From positions 14,758,001 through 14,822,000 of the forward strand of contig CM097885.1 of assembly GCA_044892525.1 (NCBI GenBank): DNA of 64,000 bases, read 5' to 3'. This DNA is from Schmidtea polychroa. Lineage: Eukaryota. The translations under genes were made by a program, and so were the position numbers. The notes under the pieces are model-generated. The model was not told the DNA's origin and did not search any database. It was given only the letters and a program-made list of their open reading frames with translations. Every line of letters begins with the position of its first letter. The stretch's first letter is position 1. Shown here in pieces: positions 28,903 through 38,954 of this stretch.

Positions 28903-30750
28903 CGTTAAGATGGTAATATATGATTTTTAAGGGGGTTTTTAAAATGCTAGAAATATTTGGTGAGGGATCGGTTAATGTTTTGAATATTTATATATTCTTA
29001 TTGGTAAAATATCAAATTTTGAAGGGAAATAGTCAGCTGTGAATAGTTCCTGTGAAATTATATCGTTTTAGAGGTTGCACAGTAATTTATGTTTCAGAAC
29101 CAGTTTTAATTAATTATCCACGGTTTTATTAATGGTTAATGATCAATTTACTTGTTTTTGACAATGAGAAATTTGAAATCTTTAGAATTAATTGATATCA
29201 ATGGTTATTGCTTTAAATTATTTTTATTTAAGAAGTTATTTTATTCATTTTGGGGATATCGTTGACAAAGCTTGAGAAATATTAACTTAAAAGAATTGGA
29301 AAACAACTAAAGAAAAATGATCTTTGAAGGAAATTTATGATTTTAATTAGAAATTAAATCGGTTGAATATCTATTGAAGGAATATTGTTATCGGATGGAT
29401 AAATGATATTTTCCTAAATTACCTTATTATATTATTATTTTAATGACTAAATTAACCAATATTCATAAATTTATCGTACAAAATATCCATGTTTTGGTTA
29501 CTCAAACATCTTAAATTTCTCGCAAAGATATATTACGTCTAATGATCATCTAATTAAATTAGAAAATAATTGTTACTTTTTAATATATATTTCTAACTAA
29601 TAAGCCCCTTAATTGGATAAATGATAACCATATTTCTATTATGACTCCTTTAATTATTTTTGCCTCAAACAAATTTACTCCAAATGATAAAGAATTTAAA
29701 ATTATCAATGAATAATGACCATGTTTTCTCATATTATTAACTATTGTAACGAACATTAGATGAATAAATTAATTTTTGCTTTAAATGACTACAAAGTTAA
29801 CCAATAAATTAGTCGCTCGACATAAGTGTAAAGTTACATTTAAAATATTCACGAATTTCTGATCATCTCACTAAATTACCTAAGAATTTCTAAATGATTA
29901 ATATACCTTTGCGACATGTTGAATGTGACCAGTACCCTTGCTAGCAATACCCATAGGGGGACAGAATATTTTGTCGGATAAACTAGGAGTATATGGTCTT
30001 TATTGATATATCAAAATACTGTTATTTATAAATCAACTAAAAAATACTCAAAAATACTATATTATTTTACTGAATGATACCTTAAATGTTTTTAATATAC
30101 ATATTTCTAAAATAAATCAACAGTTCAAACCAACAACATGTATGCAAGACCACCCATTGTTAATTTATTTCCAGTGTCACATCTTTCAAGAATGCCGTGA
30201 GTGTTTAAAGAAAGCTGAGCTAAAAGAAACTTTCCAGATAACAACTCTCCTGAATGTTTTGAACAAAAATGAGCGAAATTGAGAACAAACGATTAGATGG
30301 CGATTAACTTCTGGCCACAACCCTAACAACATGAAAATTAAGATTTTAATTATTGAATTCGTTGTTTTCTGCATGGAAATACTAACAGAATATTTTTTAA
30401 TTCAAAAAATCTTCATTATAAATTTTTGAATTTAAAAAATTAAATGAAGGATATATAAGTGTACATAATATTATAATATTATATAAAATTATACTGTATT
30501 TATTAATAAATTTAGAATACATAAAATTATAATATTATAATATTTTATAAATACTATATAATAATGTTTAAATATGCTTAAATAACTAAATTGTTTAAAT
30601 ATGTTTAAATACTAAATTTAAATTATTTAAATTTAAATTAATTAAATATAATTATGATATAACTTTATTTCTTTCGTTTTAGTATCCATAAAGTAAGTAA
30701 ATAAAGAATTTACTACAATATTTTAATTATTTTACTTAGTAATGAAGAAA

Positions 30751-31003
30751 ATGAATTATATGATTATGAAGAAGATGAGTCAGACAAAATGGTGAAACAC
30801 TAAAAGACTTATGTTCTGGATTTAGAGATTTCTTATTAAAACATGAATTATATGATTATGAAGAAGATGAACCAGACAAAATGGTGAAACACTAAAGGAG
30901 TTATAGTTTTTAGATTTAGAGATTTCTTATTAAAACATGAATTATTGGATTATGAGGAAGATGAACTAAATGGTGAAACACTAAAGGAGTTATGTTCTGG
31001 ATT
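30751..31003 (+). repeat. ~92-bp tandem repeat, about 3 units, Polinton interior
   Basis: ATGAATTA..GATTATGA.GAAGATGA...AATGGTGAAACACTAAA starts at 30751, 30843 and 30937. Confidence 0.9.
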
Positions 31004-31639
31004 TTTTAAATGAATTAGCTGATTGTAGGTGTCCTTCAACATGAATGTTTACTTATCAGACTTAAATTATGTAAACTTTCTTTCAACGAATGTCAAGAAA
31101 AATGGGAAAACCGATGTTTTAACAATTAGATATTGTAAAATATTCGTTACACCTGAAGAATATTATTAATAATGTAAGACATGAATTAATTCTTTAAAAT
31201 AAATATATTATATTTAGGTATCTGTGTTTTATGGTGGGAAATGTCATTGAAAAAGTATACCACAAATAACAGTTGCCTAATAGTCAGGTAGAATTTAATT
31301 TCTGACGATAAAATGATAAATAACATCTGTAAGTTAATGGCTTTTAAATTTTAGCAATGATAGTTGACACCGCATCAGAAAACACGTCCAATTTGCAAGA
31401 TGTATTCCAAATGGCCTGATGGAGATGATAATTTTGAGATAGATTACCAGCAGAAGAGCGAGAAAAATTTGTAAATTAAATATAATAGGGTTGGGTGGGT
31501 CCTCTTTATCCCTTAATTAATATATATTTACAAGCTGATCGTCGTGGTGGGCGGTTGTAATCTAACTAGTGGGAGGCCTCTGTAAATATATATTTGTGTT
31601 AGTGAAAACATTAATTAATTTGGTTATAGTGCCAATGAC

Positions 31640-31853
31640 GCATGTATTTTGAAATTATACGTTTCGAATGTGCTGGTAGTTGACTACCCATGCTAGGCGT
31701 AATGTTCCGTACGGAAAGCTATAATGCCCAGGTTCTTCTGACCCCACTTGGGGGAGGCACAGACGACCCTTGTGGACGCGAACAAATATCCACCGTGTCT
31801 TTCAGGCACAGATATTTGGTCACTGCTCATTAGGCCTGGCAATACTAAATGCA
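31640..31853. ncRNA. Candidate structured non-coding RNA inside the Polinton
   Basis: Local GC island with many nested stems (see findings). No family recognised; expression unknown. Confidence 0.35.
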
Positions 31854-32201
31854 TAAACTTTGCCTTGTCCTCTCTTGTCTTGATTTTTATCGTTTAAATA
31901 TTAAAGTGTGTGTGATAAGTTTTATTTACTAACCTTAATAAACCATAATATGCTTTAAACTCGAAAACCCTTGTTGAGTGTGACTAGTACCCATATGAGC
32001 AATACCCATAGGGGGACAGAATATTTTGTCGGATAGACTAGGAGTATATACACCCATGTTAAACAAGGTATGTGTATATAGAATGCGTGTGTAAAATTAT
32101 TGTCAACTTCCCGTGAAGGCAAACACAGAATATTGCAAACATATAATAATTCTCTACCCCATAACTTAGTGTGTAAAAATTATTTTAGGTTTTTGACTAA
32201 T

Positions 32202-32237
<36 letters not shown>

Positions 32238-32351
32238 GTTTAATGGGTTGTATAAAAAATATTTAGGTTTTCACTAATATTGATAATAATAATTGTTAAT
32301 GGGTTGTGTGTGTATGTGTAAAAATATTTTATGTTTTTGACTAATATTTGC

Positions 32352-32391
<40 letters not shown>

Positions 32392-32984
32392 TGAAATTGT
32401 ATTTGAAAATAATTTGCGACATGTTCATTGTGAGTAGTACCCTTGTGACCAATACCCATAGGGGGACAGAATATCTTGTCGGATAAACTCGGAGTATATA
32501 TAATAATAATATTAATAATAATAATATTGATTAAAACTTTGAAAATAATTCTTTGAAAATAATACTTTGAACAATATTTGATGAAAAAGTTCCTGAAATA
32601 ATCATGAAAATGTTGAAAATCGTGAAAATATTGAAAATGTAGAAAATTATGAAAAAATTGATAATTATTAAAAAATGCAAATGATGAAAATGTTGAAAAT
32701 CCTGAAATTGACGTAGAAATTAAGTTTTATGAATAATTGCAAATAATAATAATAATAATAATAATTTTGAAAATAACATCTTCCACACGGGCGTTAATAT
32801 TTTAAAAGAAAATATTGAAAATTAAAAAATAATAATATGTAATCAACGATTTAAACAAATTATATTATTACGTATTCGATAATTAAAACAAAAAATTATA
32901 TAATCAATGATTTAAACAAATTATATAATCAACGATTTAAACAAAATTAAATTATTATGTAATCGATAATTAAAACAAAATTAT

Positions 32985-33745
32985 TAGTTCTAAAAATATT
33001 AGGCTTCGATTACGTAATAGTTCTAAAATATGTGGCATCGTTCTAAAAATATTAGTTCTAAAAATATGATGAGTCATCGTATGAGTCATCGTTCTAAAAA
33101 TGTGATGAGTCATTGTATGAGTCATCGTTCTAAAAATATTAGGCATGGTTCTAAAAGTATGACGTAATCATTCTAAAAATAAGAGGCATCATTCTAAAAA
33201 TATTAGGTATCGTTCTAAAAATAATAGGCATCGTTCTAAAAATATGACGTAATCATTCTAAAAATAAGAGGCACCATTCTAAAAATATTATGCATCATTC
33301 TAAAAATATTAGGCATCGTTCTAAAATTATGACGTAATCATTCTAAAAATATTAGGCATCATTCTAAAAATATTAGGCATCATTCTAAAAATATTAGGCA
33401 TCGTTCTAAAAGTATTAGGCATCGTTCTAAAAGTATGACGTAATCGTTCTAAAAATATTAGGCATCGTTCTAAAAATAATATGCATCGTTCTAAAAATAT
33501 GACGTAATCATTCTAAAAATAAGAGGCACCATTCTAAAAATATTATGCATCATTCTAAAAATATTAGGCATCGTTCTAAAATTATGACGTAATCATTCTA
33601 AAAATATTAGGCATCATTCTAAAAATATTAGGCATCGTTCTAAAAATACGAGGCATCGTTCTAAAAATATTAGGCATCGTTCTAAAAATATTAGGCACCA
33701 TTCTAAAAATATTAGGCATCATTCTAAAAATATTAGGCATCGTTG
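32985..33745 (-). repeat. 20/21-bp minisatellite, right Polinton arm
   Basis: Inverted counterpart of 28512-28902, roughly twice as long. Confidence 0.97.
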
Positions 33746-33789
33746 GGTGAGTCATTCTCTTTGTTAATATTAATGATGATGATACCTTC

Positions 33790-34340
33790 AATAGCTCATT
33801 CGAAAGGTCTTGCACTAAGCTTTAAGATGAGGTATCGTCCAATAAAATCCGTTGGTGGGAACATTAATTTTTGGGATGAAAAAAAGTGTGAGCATGCTGG
33901 ACCAATTAATAATATTTTGAATAATAATAATAATTTAACGTTGAAAAGATGGTGGTCATCAATTATTAATAACATTAAAACTATTAAAGATATATCAGAT
34001 ACCTATAGCTCATTCGAAAGGTCTTGGACTGAGCTTTAAGATGAGGTATCGTCCAATAAAATCCGTTGGTGGGAACATTAATTTTTGGGAAGAAAAAAAG
34101 TAGGTCCCCGCTGGATCACTTAATAATATTTTGAATAATAATAATAATTTAACGTTGAAAAGATGGTGGTCATCAATTGTTAATAACATTAAAACTATTA
34201 AAGATATATAAAATACCTATAGCTCATTCGAAAGGTCTTGGACTGAGCTTTAAGATGAGGTATCGTCCAATAAAATCCGTTGGTGGGAACATTAATTTTT
34301 GGGAAGAAAAAAAGTAGGTCCCCGCTGGATCACTTAATTA
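33790..34340 (-). repeat. 214-bp tandem repeat, right Polinton arm
   Basis: Equivalent CTGG motifs at 33897, 34111 and 34325. Confidence 0.95.
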
Positions 34341-34767
34341 AAACAAAAAATTTAATTTAAAAAATAAATGACCTTGACCTTTTATTTAAAAAAAAATTTT
34401 CCCGGGGGAGGGGGGGGGAGGGGGGGGGGGTATATGTGATCTGGCGGGGACATGATCTGGCGGGGACACATCATACTACTATTGAATATCTTGTGTAATG
34501 TTACTTTCTATGGTATATATACTTCTTTTCTTCAATTCAAAGTGTTTCATTACTTTACAAAGAGAGACAGAAACTTATGGATCACCCTGTATATAGTATC
34601 AATTTCACTCTGCAATATCCAATATTTCAATCTATAAATAACACCATAAATGCACTGTCGAAAAATGTTAATTTCTTCAGAGAATTTTTAATAACATAAA
34701 ATGAAATGAAATAATTCCAGTTGAATAATTCATAATAATATTATTTTCAAAAAGATTTTTGACTTAC

Positions 34768-34868
34768 AAATTTGAAATTTGTTTGAGATGATTGTTTTGT
34801 GGTATTAGTAAAATAAGAATCTGAGCATTTGTCAGATTGCTTTTCTCTCTCAGATTTATAATCGGATT
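34768..34868 (-). CDS. ncor: NCoR/SMRT exon 8 (ESDYKSEREKQ...NFKF)
   Basis: CTTCAG|AA phase-1 acceptor, open frame, donor TTT|GTAAGT. Confidence 0.78.
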
Positions 34869-35969
34869 CTGAAGGAAGACGAATTTAATCCAATAGAAAA
34901 ATAGTTTTTCATGTTAAAATATGAATAAAAAAAATAAAATTGAATGTTATCTCAAACGTATTGAAAAATTAATTATTTTCATTTACAATTCAGGAATTCG
35001 AACATTTAAATATTTTATAGTTTTTGTTTTTTCTATAGGAAAATTTCCACAAATTCCCAGCAATCAAGATGACAATTGTGGTAAATAATTTCAAATTACT
35101 ATGACAACCACAAATAATATATAAATTCACTAAATTCGTCATTAATAGAAAATCCATGTTTTTTGTTGTTTTTATATACGAATAAAGAATCCTTAAGAAT
35201 TTCATTCATCTCTTGTCATTTAACAACAACGATGAAATAAAAAACATTAAAAATAGAAAAAAAATCTCTTGCTCAATCAAACATATTTAACTTAAATTTT
35301 AGAGAAAAATTTACCATTAATCATTGAAAACGAAGAATCATTTTATACTCGTTACCCTTATTGTGAGATCAGAATGATTTTCTATCGACAATCAGCGGTC
35401 ATTTTAACTTTGGGAAATAATTACATTATAAGGATTTTTATTGGTTACTCTCGGGTGACATAATTGTATTTACTATTCATCCATCTTTCTCAAACTGCGG
35501 GTGCAAACTTAAAATATAGAAGATTTTATGAGAAAAGTAAACCTATATCAAATGTATAATTGTTAGAAATATATCCAATATCCGATTTTTTTTGACCGAT
35601 GAAAAGCGCTTTTTACATAAATATGACGTAACCAACGTATTTACTTCAACCGGAAACCCAAATGTTATATAACTCTTACAATAGATTTAATAGTTTGATG
35701 ACTGGTAAAGTGGAGAAAGCAAATTATTATTTGTTTTTACGTTTATCAGTTCACCAAGCTAAAAAGTTAACAATTTTCTTTATTCAATTGTTAATTTTTG
35801 TTAATTAATTTTTTTCTTAATATACGTAAGATTCGACAGCATTTCCATAAATTGGGATATATTCTTCCCTTAGTGAGTGACTTTATTATGAAACTGGTCT
35901 GAATTTTTATTGTACTTGTCTAATATATCAAGTACGTCAAGTACGTAATATATCAAGTACATTATTTTA

Positions 35970-36250
35970 AATAATAATAATAAATAATAATAAAAAATAA
36001 TAATAATAATAAATAATAATAACAATAAATAATAATAATAATAATAATAATAATAATTAATAATAATAACAATAAATAATAATAAATAATAAAATTAAAT
36101 AAAAATAATAATAATAATTAAAAAATAATAATAATAATAATTAATAATAATAATGAGAATAATTAATAAAATTAAACAATAATAATAATTAATAACAATA
36201 ATTAATAATTAATAATAATTTAAAATAAATTATAATAATAATAAAAAATA
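35970..36250. repeat. Degenerate (AAT)n low-complexity tract
   Basis: Directly visible. Confidence 0.9.
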
Positions 36251-36261
36251 AAAAATCTCAC

Positions 36262-36721
36262 CATTTATTGGGATTTTATTAAATTGTGAAGAATTTGATG
36301 TGGTAACTAGGCATTCTGTAGAGACAATATTTCGATGCATTTCGTCGTTTTCATCGCTATCAGAATCTCTTGAATGCCTGAGTACGGTATTTCTTTCTGA
36401 ACATCCAACATTAGTTTCTTTATTAGATTTGTTAGATTGATCCTGAATTGGGTTCTTTTTTTCTTGATCTGATTGTGAAGGAATTTTATTTTCAATGCAA
36501 TATTTTACAGACTGTGAGTTATTTATTTCTGCACTGTAAATATTTCTTTGATTTGATTCAGGATGATGAAGAGTTTCCTTTTCAATGTCTATGAAATTAT
36601 GAGGCAATACTTGCTCCATTTTGCTAGAATCAACAATGGGATTGTTAGAGCTATCCATATTCGTTTCTGATATAGATTGCTGAATAGCCCCATTGTTGTG
36701 ATGTTCAGTTTCACCACGATA
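36262..36721 (-). CDS. ncor: NCoR/SMRT exon 7 (low complexity)
   Basis: TTTAG|TAT acceptor, in frame with ORF 36230..36658; donor G|GTGAGA. Confidence 0.85.
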
Positions 36722-36775
36722 CTAAACATGAAATTACAGAATGAAATATTGCAAATGAATGTAATTATTTTTAAC

Positions 36776-37248
36776 TCTTTGCTGTCGCTCGGCTTGTACA
36801 CGTCGCCTACGAGCGTTCTTTTTAACGAGAGTTTTGTAGTTTGCTGTCTTTTTCGTTAGATAATAATACTGAATACAATCGGAAACAGATTTATTTTGAA
36901 GAAAAGACGCGATGCGACCGAAATTCTTGGGAGTATTCATGTATTGTTCTTTAAATGTATCCATTTCTTCTTTTGACCAATTATTTTTATAGCTTTGGAA
37001 ATTTATATGCTTAGGTTTCGGATCTTTAATAAGTCGTGCATATTCTAACAAGCCGAAATTTTTATTCCAACTTGGAAGGATTATTGGAGGATCGATGGCA
37101 TATTCTTTCATTTTTTCGTTTTCCTTGGCAGAATCATAAGGAGTATGAGATCGTTGTTGCTCCGATACATTTATCCCATTGCAATTATGACTAACACTGC
37201 GTGTATTGGTAAAACTATTTGTTCCGTTGCCATTATTTTCGTAATTAA
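36776..37248 (-). CDS. ncor: NCoR/SMRT exon 6 (deacetylase-activation domain / SANT1)
   Basis: TTTCAG|TT phase-1 acceptor; KMKEYAIDPP...WSKEEMDTFKEQYMNTPKNFGRIASFLQNKSVSDCIQYYYLTKKTANYK; followed by a 54-nt intron. Confidence 0.95.
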
Positions 37249-37305
37249 CTGAAACAAATTAAAACCAAATTCGAACAAAAAAAACAATTTAATAATTAAA
37301 AAATT

Positions 37306-37806
37306 CCCTTTCGATAAAAATATGGGGTAATTGTGTACTCCAGCGTCATTTTTTTTTGAAAATTTCCGTTAAATCTAGAACCTACCGCATTCGCCCTTTA
37401 GTTATTCCAAGTTGAATCATTTAATATAACTTTGCATCAATTTCATCACACAAAAAAAGAATCCTACTTGCATTTATCTGCTTGGGGGTACAAATTTACC
37501 CCAGTGGTAAATGTTCACTTTGTACTCGTAAAAAAGGTCGCAAATGTCGAAAAATATGTAATAAATATTTAACATTTGTGTGTAGAGAACATTCCATTAG
37601 CATTATAACATGTAAAACTTGTGATAAGTTACGTGTTACAATATGTAACAATATAAGTAATGCCCATTTTGTAAACACTTGTTTCTGTAATATATTTGTA
37701 TTTCATAGAATATATTTTATTTTTATACGTTAACGTTATTTAAAACCATTAAACTAGCAACAACATAATGAAAAAGTCTTGTGGACATGACCCGACCTTC
37801 GGAAGG
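37306..37806 (+). mobile_element. piggyBac deletion derivative
   Basis: Right end GGAAGG|TTAA, GGGGTA...TACCCC palindrome, and Cys-rich tail CSLCTRKKGRKCRKICNK...VCREH...CKTC. Left end is degenerate. Confidence 0.75.
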
Positions 37807-38305
37807 TTAACAAAAAATTTTCTAGTGTCTTACAAAAATTTCCTATCAACTCTGTTAGAAGATTTTGAATATCTCCGAAGGAAATAATTATATTGTATGT
37901 ATCTTGAGAAAATTTACACATGCGTCAATAATACAATATCGCACGTTTTTTCAGTCATACAAATTGGTATTATTTACAGTTATCCTACAAACTTAAATAA
38001 TGGCTTTTCCCGACAATTTACCAAAATGAAATGTAGATCTAGATCTAGATTTCAATAGTTGATTCAAAAAAGTTGGGCTTTTTAATTGAAATTTCAACTT
38101 CTTAAATATCATATCAAAATATTGTTGTATTATAAAAGTTATATATAATTTTAAAGTACAAAATCAGAAGTTTGCCATTTATATTAAAATAATACACAAA
38201 TCAAAATTTGGTTACAACTTCAAAGATCATTTAGATAAATCAACAGCATAACTTATAAAGAATGTACCAAATTCAATTGACAATATGATATTTTGTATTT
38301 TAATA

Positions 38306-38954
38306 CAGGTAACCCTCGATTAACACGGTACTTGAATAACACGATTTCGCTTTAACACGGTTAAAATATCGCGGCACACCCTTGTCTAACACGATATTTT
38401 TTAGCACGGTTTTGATTTTACACGGCTTCAAAATTGATGAAAACCCTTAATTAACACGGTTTCAAAATTCAAATTTTTACAATCTTAGTTGACTTGTTGA
38501 TGTTATATCAACATTTAATGCATACTACATCAGCCGAACGTTTAAAAAAATTTTAGATGAAATGGACTCAGATTCTAGCTTAACCGTCAGTCAAGTATGA
38601 AAGAACTTTACAATTTTGGACTGTGTAAAATTAGTTGCTTTGGCTGTAGAGGAATTACAACCTTCCACATTAAACGGTAGCTTGAAACCTATATGACCTG
38701 AAGTGGTTCTACTTAATAATAGAATTCAACCAGTGGTGGATAAATATCGTGCTATTGTCGATTTCGCTCATTCCTTAGGCGGAGAAGGAATTGAAGATTT
38801 GGCCATTCGGGATGTGGAAGAATTGCTAGGCGAACCAAAAATTTTTTGGAACCAACCCCATGAATTGTATTAATGGTTAGTCTCGATTAACACGATTTTG
38901 ATTAGCACGGAGTATTCTTGGAACCAAACTACCGTGTTAATCGAGGGTTACCTG
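38306..38954 (+). mobile_element. Tigger-type deletion derivative
   Basis: TA-flanked perfect TIRs CAGGTAACCCTCGATTAACACGGTA; C-terminal relic KNFTILDCVKLV...LGGEGIEDL...DVEELL. Confidence 0.92.

Larger units (their letters stand above)
27790..34480. mobile_element. Non-autonomous Polinton/Maverick-like element (6691 bp)
   Basis: Termini AGTAGTATG...CATACTACT, perfect 6-bp TSD ATTGAA (27784-27789 and 34481-34486), and inverted arms longer than 1 kb. No intact pPolB, integrase, ATPase or capsid ORF. Confidence 0.88.
27321..34589 (+). mobile_element. Tc1/mariner-superfamily deletion derivative, split by the Polinton insertion (own sequence 27321-27789 plus 34487-34589)
   Basis: TA|CAGGGTGATTAATGAGTCTC...GAAACTTATGGATCACCCTG|TA. 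The HTH relic SGRP...IGISQSTVHRIPRKENIRPWRYQLIHEI continues across the insertion as CAYEKDAIL/NILCNVTF. Confidence 0.85.

Noticed and set aside
31755..31825. Group I intron R/S-like words (CACAGACGAC, AGATATTTGGTC) in the structured island
   Set aside because: No convincing P7 helix or P/Q elements. The resemblance is too loose for a family call.
27719..34039. ORFs in the Polinton arms (27719..28045, 27990..28280, 33582..33815, 33743..34039)
   Set aside because: They are translations of the 214-bp and 21-bp repeats or junction read-throughs, with no protein motifs.
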